From Acidobacteriota bacterium (lineage in GTDB: Bacteria > Acidobacteriota > UBA6911 > RPQK01 > CBDFMZ01), in assembly GCA_965249865.1 (NCBI GenBank), contig CBDFMZ010000001.1, forward strand, positions 40,202 through 104,201: a stretch of DNA of 64,000 nt, read 5' to 3'. The stretch's first letter is position 1; each line of letters opens with the position of its first letter. The translations under genes and the position numbers were made by a program. The notes under the pieces are model-generated. The model saw nothing but the letters and a program-made list of their open reading frames with translations. It did not search any database and was not told where the DNA came from. Positions 50,726 to 59,870 of the stretch are shown one piece after another.

Positions 50726-50768
50726 AAAGACCTCTCTCCACTGGCACTGCGGTTTAGTACTCAGCACA

Positions 50769-52670
50769 TTAATAGTTGACTACAAACTCTAACTTGTTAA
50801 TGAGAGCCCACTGGATATCTTCTGCTCCTTTGTCCCGGTAGCGCTCGAGATAGCCAACTGACTTTTCAGTCTCCTCCCGAGTTGGGAACCGTGAAAGCGT
50901 CGACAAGTAAATATTCTCCACTAATTGCTCATTACTCAAAGGAGGAGTCTGGCTCAGCAGAGTGTTGATTCGACTCCCCTCGGTGCTAGCTAGCACTTTG
51001 TTCTTGACCACCTCACTGTTCAACATCAATGAAGCCTGAACCACCGAAGGCGTGGTTTCTGCGGCGCCGCTTTTTCGATCACTTCGACCGAAAAAGTCCA
51101 GAAAACGCTTGGTACCCGGCTCCAGTTTATCAAAAGAAGGATCATAAGTCTCCATGATATAGCTGACTTTTTTGTCCGTCCCGGCCACCGATACCTCAGG
51201 AAAAACGTTCGTGGCTTTACTGATGGCATCATAGATCTCCTCTGCGGACAAACGACGTGCAAGTTTGCGAGCAAAGTAGCGATCATAATCCGGCTTCCAG
51301 TCGCTTTCGACACGGGAGGAGAGTTGATAGGCACTGGATTGGGTGATCACTTTCATCAGGTAGCGCAAGTCAAAACCATGTTTCTGGAAATCCTTGGCCA
51401 GTTCCTCTAACAACTCCGGATGTGAAGGCTGGATAGTCCAGGGAGCGGGTGGGGGATTCTGGGGGTCCTGGCGATCCAGGTCCCACGCAAAGGGAGGATC
51501 AACAATCCCTACCGTCATAAAATGTGACCAGAACAAGTTTACCGTCGCCTTGGCAAACTGGAGATCAGAAGTGAGCATTCGGGCCAACTCAACCCTCAGA
51601 TTTGCACCCGACGCAGGCCGCTCTTGAGTAAGCACAAACTGGGGATAGACATCGGCTTTCTTGTTCCGGGCGATTCGCAGCACACTGGGTGAGTCCATGC
51701 TATAACCGTTTCCACCCCCCTGCCAGTGGGACTCCGGCCTCAATGGAGGGCCTTCCAACAAAGCAAATTCCTGAGTGTCGTGCGTAGGCCTGAAAATTCG
51801 AATGTTGCCGAAAAAAGCCGCCTGGCGCCAAAACTCTACACGTTTTTTTTGGGTCAGCCACAGGTTGATTTTCTCTAAATGCCCGGCACCGTCGTGGCAG
51901 GAAATACATTCTAAATTCAGTCCAAGGAAAAGCTTCGTCGCATTCACTGCCATCTCATCGCAGCTATCCTCGTGCATCACGTGACCGTCGAACAAGCCGT
52001 CGGCGTAACTCCGAATCAGGAAATTGGCAGCGCCCCCCACATTCGTACTCACGGTCGTCGCCGTGAGCATGTCCCGAACCATATAATCGTAAGCTATGTT
52101 GTGTTTTAAGTTGTGATAGATATACTGGCGAAACGCGTTGCGGCCTTCCATCCCCTGGATTGGACCATTGTCAAAGAGATCACCAAACCAGTAGCTCCAC
52201 CGAGTTAAAAACGGCTCTTCAACTAACCAGGGACCCTTGGTCGACTCGCAGTGGAGGTTTCCCTGACAGTCCACGTCCGGATACTCAAGACCCAACAAGT
52301 GATCAATGAGCCGGTCTCGTTTATTTGGATCATTGTCAGCCACAAACTCACGGACTCTTTCGTCGTCGGGTATCCGACCCCACAGGTCCAGATAGACCCT
52401 ACGTATGAACTCGGTATGCGTGGATAAACCCGCGTGTGGAATGCCCTCGGCCGCAATCTTGTCGAAAATGTAGTCATCGATGAAATTCTTTCGCTCTACG
52501 GTAAGACGAGTGGTGGAGGGTAGACCCACAGCAACTTCGTCTGTCAGTTGTGTGGCGGAAGGACGACTTTCCTCGGTAGGTTCTGAATGCTTCTCATCGA
52601 GAGAAAACGGCGCTGGGATCGCCAAGGCGGCGGCGCCTACTAAGCACACAATGAGAAGAAAGCGCTTCAT
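50769..52670 (-). CDS. DUF1549 + DUF1553 (PSCyt2/PSD1) domain protein
   Basis: NFIDDYI, EFIRRVYLDL.G.IP, FLGLNLECISCHD, VN.FW..F...GIV.P, SHPELL..LA..F, RRLSAE, LSRFPT. Confidence 0.9.
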   Translation of the reverse strand: MKRFLLIVCLVGAAALAIPAPFSLDEKHSEPTEESRPSATQLTDEVAVGLPSTTRLTVERKNFIDDYIFDKIAAEGIPHAGLSTHTEFIRRVYLDLWGRIPDDERVREFVADNDPNKRDRLIDHLLGLEYPDVDCQGNLHCESTKGPWLVEEPFLTRWSYWFGDLFDNGPIQGMEGRNAFRQYIYHNLKHNIAYDYMVRDMLTATTVSTNVGGAANFLIRSYADGLFDGHVMHEDSCDEMAVNATKLFLGLNLECISCHDGAGHLEKINLWLTQKKRVEFWRQAAFFGNIRIFRPTHDTQEFALLEGPPLRPESHWQGGGNGYSMDSPSVLRIARNKKADVYPQFVLTQERPASGANLRVELARMLTSDLQFAKATVNLFWSHFMTVGIVDPPFAWDLDRQDPQNPPPAPWTIQPSHPELLEELAKDFQKHGFDLRYLMKVITQSSAYQLSSRVESDWKPDYDRYFARKLARRLSAEEIYDAISKATNVFPEVSVAGTDKKVSYIMETYDPSFDKLEPGTKRFLDFFGRSDRKSGAAETTPSVVQASLMLNSEVVKNKVLASTEGSRINTLLSQTPPLSNEQLVENIYLSTLSRFPTREETEKSVGYLERYRDKGAEDIQWALINKLEFVVNY

Positions 52671-53295
52671 TACACCCTATTATAAACTGGTAGAATCCCC
52701 ACTAAGAAGTAAGTTCCTACGAAAAAGGGTAACACCCAAGCGATTCGGGTGTCAAGAATCTGTGCTGGTTCACTAAATACGAGATGGAGGGTTCTAATTG
52801 GGTAGCATGCCCAATGCTGAAGAAACTACAAGGGATTGAGATAATAGATAGCCTGGGATAGACGCACATCTAGCGTGTCAAGCTGAACCAAATCAACCGT
52901 TTAGATAGCCCGATACTGGTGAGGTTTACGTACTACATAGGGGCGTTTGCCACGGCAGCGCGACACAGAAATTGTGCGCCGGTGAGACTCCAGCAACTCT
53001 CTCCGACCCCGGAGATGTTGCGAGGATTAAACCTACCGTGGAGAGAAAGATAGAAAACCCCTGCTGGACCAGCTCGTTTTTCCTCCAATCTCCAGGGTTC
53101 ATTGTTCTTCCCGCATCTTTTTCCTGAGTAGGACCTGTGATCCCTGGATTGTCAAGTGTCCTGTCCCACAAATAACATGCCATTTACGGAGGCAACTGTG
53201 AGCCGAGATCGTGAAGGTAGGAGGAGACAATGTGGTGGTATCGTCCCCTTTTACTACTTCTTCAGCCATTGAGCTTGTTCTGCGGAAGCAGCAGC

Positions 53296-54315
53296 CTACT
53301 TGCTCAAAAGAGGTTCACCTTTCGATGAGGGTGCCTTAGCCAATGCGTGGAGGAAATTACGTACCACTTTCGAAGCGTCCCCTTCCCACTTTGTTTCCGA
53401 GGTCTGGAATCGACCTCCTGCCGAAGTACCATGTCCCCCAGCTTGACCTCCGGGCAAGATCGAAGAGAGTAACCGGCCTGCGTGTGCTTGGGGATCTTTA
53501 CTGCGCACTGAAATGTGGACCATGTGACCGTACCTTGCTAGGCAAATCGACCAACTGACGGTTTTCAGGCGCAGCAGGAAATCGGCGATTTCTGCCACCG
53601 CATCCGGATAGGGCACGGATTCTAAAACTGTGACGACGACGTCTTGGCTGATTATGGAAGTCTTTAGAGCTTCGCTGAGCAGTATGAAGTAATCACGAGA
53701 GAGCAGTGGATGTTCAATCTCACTCAAAAGGCGGTGATTGATTAACGGATAAAGAAACCGGCTGGTGGAGATGTCCGCTCGCGCAGCTTCCGGGCCAAAA
53801 TATTTGGTCTCGGAAGTAATCGCGTAGAAAAGGGCCGTGCTCACCTTGGAACTCATCTTAAGTTTCGCCTCTTGCAGGTAGCTGGCAACAATCGTCGAGG
53901 TCGCGCCATACTGTTCACGCAGGTCCACAAACGGAACGGTCTGGCTCTGGCCCCAGTCCGGATGGTGGTCGATCACCGCAACGGGAATAATCTCAGTGGG
54001 TAAAACATTGTTCCTCCGATTTGGTTGTGTGTCTACCAAGATGACCGAGCCTCGAAAGCCAGGAAAAATCTTTTTCGCCGGAACGAGTGGAATCGCAAGG
54101 GTGGAAACCAGGGCATGATTCTCTGCTCGACCAATAATGCCACTCAGGCCAATTATTGGAGTCCGGCCCAGCTTTCGCCTGATGAGAAAACGGAGACCTG
54201 CTGCGCTAGCCAGTGAGTCGGGATCGGGGTTGTCATGGGGCAGGATAAGTAGACTCCCAGGACAAGAAGAAAGTGCGGCAAGAAATTCCTGCACTTTACT
54301 GGCGCTCTGGCTCAT
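53296..54315 (-). CDS. DHH family phosphoesterase (NrnA/GdpP-like)
   Basis: HDNPDPDSLASA, VDT, IDHH, GATSTI, GGH..AGG. Confidence 0.88.
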   Translation of the reverse strand: MSQSASKVQEFLAALSSCPGSLLILPHDNPDPDSLASAAGLRFLIRRKLGRTPIIGLSGIIGRAENHALVSTLAIPLVPAKKIFPGFRGSVILVDTQPNRRNNVLPTEIIPVAVIDHHPDWGQSQTVPFVDLREQYGATSTIVASYLQEAKLKMSSKVSTALFYAITSETKYFGPEAARADISTSRFLYPLINHRLLSEIEHPLLSRDYFILLSEALKTSIISQDVVVTVLESVPYPDAVAEIADFLLRLKTVSWSICLARYGHMVHISVRSKDPQAHAGRLLSSILPGGQAGGHGTSAGGRFQTSETKWEGDASKVVRNFLHALAKAPSSKGEPLLSK

Positions 54316-54392
54316 TGCTCACAGTTTGGATATTCACCCTAATCCAGCTCCATCGTTGCGCAGACTGTACAATATCTCGTTTGTGAAATTGA

Positions 54393-54660
54393 GTACTAAG
54401 AAAACATGTCCATCGAGAGATTGTACTCGATGACACAGTCTATACCGAGATCCTGATCGTTTTTTTCAACCAACTAGTCCACACACGAAGAAACCGCATG
54501 AATTAAAAATAACCTTAATCCATAGAAGTGAGTGTCTTCCGTCCCATATCTGAGTGTGACTTACCGAGTTGCTATGGGAGTCCTTATCGGTTCGGAACCA
54601 GCCTCAGCAAAGTCTCATCCTGATCGTTTCAGAAGAGCGTGACGAGGTCACTTTGGAAAA
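54393..54660 (+). pseudogene. Possible heavily decayed diadenylate cyclase (CdaA/DisA_N) remnant
   Basis: Fragments in order: LRKHVHREIVLDDTVYTEILIVFFN / YRVAMGV / LILIVSEERDEVTL, resembling LKNYIE.G..LDA.VS..LL..IF / HRAAMG / VIVVSEE.G.ISL; weak similarity. Confidence 0.35.
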
Positions 54661-54837
54661 ACGCGGGCGTATGAGAAAAATTGGAAATCTGAACATACTA
54701 ACCGATTGTGCTGCGGCAGAAAATGCGAACAGAACTTTAGGTTTCGAGACTTGAGTGGAGAAAATACTTTTAAAGGAGTGGAAGCTCAAGGTATGACCCC
54801 CGTTTCCTTGAGCTTGACTGGGAGCAAAGCCTATCGT

Positions 54838-56193
54838 ATGTATAAACTCAAGATTGTGGATTCAGGCGGCTTGAAACTCCGTAGAGATATTGTAACTATT
54901 TTTCACGCGGCTCTAGGGGCGGTGGATCCCATCGTCACCGTGCAACGACACGTTCGTCGCAGAGACAATGGACTGGAGATCCGAGGACATCTGTACGATC
55001 TTTCAGCTTACGAGAAGATCTACGTTGTCGGAGCTGGTAAGGCCTCCGCGGCCATGGCTATGGCGCTAGAAGATCTCCTGGGGAACCGTCTAAAAGCAGG
55101 TGTGGTTAATGTCAAAGTCGGGCACACCCTTCCCTTGAACATCGTGAAAGTCAACGAAGCAAGTCATCCGGTTCCAGATCGGGCTGGTCTACAAGGAACA
55201 AGGGAAGTTATCAAGCTCCTCCGACAAACGGGGAAAAGAGACCTGGTGTTCTGTTTGATTTCGGGCGGTGGATCGGCTCTATTACCCTCACCGGCAGAAG
55301 GGGTGACATTGCAAGACAAGCAGCAACTCACCAGACACCTTATGGAATGTGGTGCCAATATCCACGAGATTAACACACTTCGGAAACATGTCTCTGGTAT
55401 AAAAGGCGGGCGATTGGCCCAACTAGCCTATCCTTCTACCTTGATCTCGCTGATACTTTCCGATGTCATCGGCGATGATCTCGACACCATCGCTTCCGGC
55501 CCAACCGTTCCTGACAGAAGCACCTTTGTCGATTGTCTGCGGATTTTGGAGAAATACCAGGCCAAGGGGCGAATCCCTTCCCAAATTAAGAGTCTTTTAG
55601 AAAAGGGAGCCGCGAGCAAAATTGAAGAAACACCGAAGGAAGACGATCCCGCCTTTCAGCGAACCCAGAATGTCATTATCGCTAGTAATATTCTGGCAGT
55701 GAAGGCTGCCAAAGAAAAAGCCGAAGAACTCGGTTACCACAGTCTGATCCTTTCCAGCATGATTGAAGGAGAGACTCGTGATGTAGCCAAGGTTCACGCA
55801 GCCATCGCCAAAGAGATCCTCAAGAATGGCCATCCACTGCCCGGACCTGCTTGCTTGATTTCTGGAGGGGAAACTACAGTTACTATTCGAGGCCCGGGTT
55901 TAGGCGGCCGCAATCAGGAATTTGCTCTGGCAGCAGCTCTAGAAATTGAAGGGCTCGAGGAGATAGTCCTGTTGAGTGGAGGCACGGATGGTACCGATGG
56001 TCCTACGGACGCCGCCGGAGCAATCGCCGATGGACAGACCATCAAACGAGCCGGTCAGCTCGGATTAGATGCCGAACAGTTTCTGCGACAAAATGACTCC
56101 TACCGATTTTTCCAACCCCTTGGTGACCTGCTGATGACAGGACCGACTCTAACCAACGTAATGGACCTTCGACTAATCCTAACTGGAAATTAG
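54838..56193 (+). CDS. Glycerate 2-kinase (MOFRL/GckA family)
   Basis: GAGKAS, EASHPVPD, LISGGGSALL, LILSDVIGDDL..IASGPT, SGGETTV, GGRNQE, TDGTDGPTDAAGA, TGPT.TNVMD. Confidence 0.95.
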   Translation: MYKLKIVDSGGLKLRRDIVTIFHAALGAVDPIVTVQRHVRRRDNGLEIRGHLYDLSAYEKIYVVGAGKASAAMAMALEDLLGNRLKAGVVNVKVGHTLPLNIVKVNEASHPVPDRAGLQGTREVIKLLRQTGKRDLVFCLISGGGSALLPSPAEGVTLQDKQQLTRHLMECGANIHEINTLRKHVSGIKGGRLAQLAYPSTLISLILSDVIGDDLDTIASGPTVPDRSTFVDCLRILEKYQAKGRIPSQIKSLLEKGAASKIEETPKEDDPAFQRTQNVIIASNILAVKAAKEKAEELGYHSLILSSMIEGETRDVAKVHAAIAKEILKNGHPLPGPACLISGGETTVTIRGPGLGGRNQEFALAAALEIEGLEEIVLLSGGTDGTDGPTDAAGAIADGQTIKRAGQLGLDAEQFLRQNDSYRFFQPLGDLLMTGPTLTNVMDLRLILTGN

Positions 56194-56314
56194 AGGGACG
56201 ACATTAGAGGTGACAGTCTACTCTGTCCCCCTGATTAGTCCTCCTAGTGTATCGTCGAGTGCGTTAGTACTCATTCAAATACTCTCTGGTGGGCGCAGTC
56301 GATCGCATCCGGGC

Positions 56315-56340
56315 GGGCAGAAACACGGGTATGCCCCTAC
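56315..56340 (-). repeat. Single GTAG-type REP-like hairpin
   Basis: Minus strand GTAG-GGGCA-TACCCGTGTTTC-TGCCC. Confidence 0.35.
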
Positions 56341-56581
56341 AATTGCAGTGAGAAATGAGAGGTTATGCCACGATCTCTTTGAGCCCCAATTGACAGCATT
56401 CTGAAACAGACTGAACAAGGAATAGGAAACGATTTTTACGCCTATCACCGCCAGTTTATCTAACTTGCAAGAAAGGCATCAACCCTCTGCTCAGCAGTAA
56501 ATAAGGGAGCAGGTGGAGAAGGAATGGTCCGAATCAAACGCGATTTCCATCACCGAAGGATTTAGAGACCAAAAGGGCTTT

Positions 56582-58220
56582 TTATTTCAGCTCAGCAAAA
56601 CCTTGAGGCGTTCGCACCTCAATCAAGCTGAACTCTGGAGAAGAGATGGCCTCCTCTAGAACAGGCAAAAGCTCTTTCACCGTGGTCACCCTAGCAGCAG
56701 AAAAGCCGTAACTCTCAGCCAGCTTCACAAAGTCAGGATTCACCAGCTCCGTTCCGATCAGTCTCTCTGCAAAGGAGGTCTTCTGTAGCCCCTTCAACAC
56801 TCCCCAAGCGTCATCATTGAATATGACCACGGTGATGTTCAAGCCATACTGGGCAGCAGTGGCCAGCTCCGACATGCAATATTGGAAGCCTCCGTCGCCC
56901 GTGAAACAGACAACCGGCACACCCGGGTTGGCTGCCTTCGCTCCCAATGCAGCAGGTAAGGAGAAGCCTAGGCCAAACCAGCCGTAGGGTTGGAGAAAGG
57001 TGCGCGGATCGTAGACAGGAAAAGCTCTACAAGCATGATTGGCAGCAACGGTGACGTCCCAGCAGGTTACAGTGTCACGAGGCAGTACGCTCCGTACAAG
57101 CCTCCAAGGCTCTAACCTCGTTTGGCAGCTGCTCCAACAGGGCCTGCTTGTTACGGCTGCGTAGCTTGTGTACTTCAGCCTTGTAAGAGTCACCCTTGTA
57201 GACATCTGTGCCTTCCAAGGCGTTCAGGAACTCCCGCAACACCAATCTAGCATTTCCCGCTATTCCCACAGTGGCAGGATAGTTCTTGCCGACAGAGCTC
57301 TCGTCCAGAACAACGTGTATCAGTCTTTCCGGAAGTTTGAGACCTGCTCCGGCGGTATACCAGTAGGGAAAATTCGTACCCAGGGCCAGCACCAGGTCAC
57401 AAGTAGGAATAAACTCGTGCACGAGGTTTCGGCCCCATATCTTCCCACCCAAGACTGTACCCAGGGACAAGGAGTGCTCTTCGCTAAACACCCCTTTGGC
57501 ACCATCTGCCGTCACAACCGGAGCACCCAAAGTCTCGGCCAGAGTTTGCAACTCCTCCGTTCCACCGCTGTAGTTCATCTCTTCACCTGCCCAGAGGACG
57601 GGCTTTCTACACTGTCGTAACTCACGCACCGCCTTCTCAATCTGGTCTTCCGCTGCCATCGAAGGCTCAACATCGATGTACGGAACGGTCGCGATATCAG
57701 CCACTTCACCTAGCAAATCGGTGGGGATCTCCAACTCTATTGGTCGAGGGCGCCGTGTTTGGAAACGTGCGAACGCCTCATCGATTTGGTCAGGAATAGA
57801 CTCCACGCTGTTCACCAAAGTGTTCCAGTCCGTCACGGACCGAAACATCTGTAGTTGGTCCTTGGCCTCATGACCAAGCCCTCGACCCTGACCTAGGAAT
57901 TGCCGCTCTACATTCGTGGTAATCTGAAGGACCGGGGAACTGCCGTGGTAAGCCTCTCCCATCGCATGCATGGAGTTGGCTGCACCCGGACCAGTACTGG
58001 TGAAGACCACTCCGGGCCTACCCGTGGACCGAGCATACCCATCGGCCATAAAACCACACGCTAACTCTGTCCGACCCCCAACGTGACGGAGGTCATTTTG
58101 GGCATCATAGAGCGCATCGAACAGATCCACGGTGTGAAACGATATAATGCCAAAAACTACACGAACTCGGTGGTCCTTTAACCGCTCTACCACAGCCTGT
58201 CCACCCGTCATCTTGGCCAA
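56582..58220 (-). pseudogene. Thiamine pyrophosphate-binding protein (acetolactate synthase-like) split by a +1 frameshift near 57098
   Basis: N-part (VFGI, RTELACGFMADGYAR..GRPGV..TSTGPGAAN) ends ALEA-CTERTAS*; C-part continues VRSVLPRD...GLGFSLPAALGAK...GDGGF...FNDDAWG in the next frame. Confidence 0.85.
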
Positions 58221-58522
58221 TTGCGCCCTCCCTCCTGATTCCGATTTGTGGTATCCCTTATTCTAACACTGCTGTGAGGGCCAGGGTACTGCTTCAGGGT
58301 GTAAAGAAAAGGAGCCTTACTGCTGGCCTCCTACCTTTCCGTGATCGAAGTGGCCGCGACAAATGAGACGCCGCCGTCCTCACCGTTCAAATCGAACTCT
58401 GTGGAGAAAAGACTAAAGAATTACCTTGGCTTCCGTGCTCTGGTCTTCAGGCAACTCGGTATCAAGAGAAACCAGATCAGATTTGACTCCCGAGGGCAGC
58501 TCCTCAACAAACGTTAGCGCAT

Positions 58523-59464
58523 TCATGAAACTGAGTACCGAGCCAGTTTGGCATATTCACGCGCTTGCTCCGCGATATCCACTCCCACCTCTTCGGACCA
58601 GGTGCCGAGCAATTTCCGGTATATGGGACCGGGTTTGCCATCACTGATTTGCTGGAAATTGAAACGGGTGATGGGAATCATACAAGTGGTCGTGCTAGCA
58701 CACCAGGCTTCGTCAGCTTCGCGCACATCATAAGGTTCTAAATCGACCTCGTGTACCGGGATGCTGAGCCGGGTAGCCATTTCCATACAGGCATGGCGGG
58801 AGACGCCACGGAGGATATTGTGGGGTCTGGGTGTAAAAATTTCCCCGCCGCGCGCCAAAAAAAAATTGTTGCCGGTTCCCTCTGTGATGAACCCATGTTC
58901 GTCTGTGAGCAAGGCCGCAGCTCCTTCTTCTATGTGTTCAGCTTCGAGGTCAGCAAGTTTGTAGTAAAGACGGCTGCGGTTTTTTGCCTTGGGATCAATG
59001 TAGCGCGAGGGCACGGATCGCTGTCTGGTAGTTACAAAGTGAGTTCCTTTTTCGTACTTGTCGGCCATGCGGGCCAAATGACGCACCAGGGGAACGACAT
59101 TGATGGTCACGATAGGTGCCGTCCCTTCCTTAACACTCGTGTCATACAGGTCCAGGGCACCGCGGGTGACATTGTGCATGAACTGGAAGTCTAGCTCCCC
59201 TAGGGCCGGCAGGTTACGCTCGATGGTTTCGCGGGTGGCGGCTTCCATCTCTTCTCTGGAGAGGCCACAATCGATTTCCAGGTAATGCATTGACGCATAG
59301 AGACGCTCCAAGTGCTCTCTTAAGCGGTAGGGCTGCTGGTTGAAGGCACGAGTCATTTCGAAGACCATATCTCCGTACATTAGAGCCGAGTCGAAGATCG
59401 AGATACGGGCATCAAGTTCGGGAATGAACTCGCCGTTGAAATAGACAAAACGCTTGGACACCAT
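58523..59464 (-). CDS. Class IV PLP aminotransferase (branched-chain/D-amino acid type)
   Basis: YGDMVFEMTR, HLERLYAS, AK(PLP)NRSR, ITEGTGNNFF, ILRGVSR. Confidence 0.9.
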   Translation of the reverse strand: MVSKRFVYFNGEFIPELDARISIFDSALMYGDMVFEMTRAFNQQPYRLREHLERLYASMHYLEIDCGLSREEMEAATRETIERNLPALGELDFQFMHNVTRGALDLYDTSVKEGTAPIVTINVVPLVRHLARMADKYEKGTHFVTTRQRSVPSRYIDPKAKNRSRLYYKLADLEAEHIEEGAAALLTDEHGFITEGTGNNFFLARGGEIFTPRPHNILRGVSRHACMEMATRLSIPVHEVDLEPYDVREADEAWCASTTTCMIPITRFNFQQISDGKPGPIYRKLLGTWSEEVGVDIAEQAREYAKLARYSVS

Positions 59465-59870
59465 GAGTATAATATAATCAAGTTCCAGGTCAAATCATAG
59501 CCCTGTAGACTCTATCGAAGCCCTACTCGACAGTGAAAACAACCCTCCATCACCAACCAATAAGCTGATACCGTTTCTCTCTCGCCGGGCACCATACGCC
59601 GATGCTTTCATTGGGAATGATGGTCGCCTTGATGCAGCGCATGGCCACTTGTTGGGCACTTTTGGCTGGGGAAATCATTCGCACAACAAGCCATATATCG
59701 ACAATCTAAAATATCTATTAAAGAAGCCTCTGTGCCCCCCCTCATCGATGACGCGACATCTCCTCGATGGTCGCTCGCGAAATCAGTACCGTCACGTTCG
59801 CCACAAACATCATCGTATTCAGGTAACCCCAACACCTACGAGAGATAGTATACTTTCAGCAGGGAGAACC

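Noticed and set aside
52926-53183. 85-aa ORF in the gap between the DUF1549 gene and the DHH gene
   Set aside because: No recognisable motif or RBS; probably a decayed or spurious ORF
54782-54815. 10-bp inverted repeat upstream of glycerate kinase as a riboswitch or terminator
   Set aside because: 14-nt loop, no U-tract and no known aptamer features
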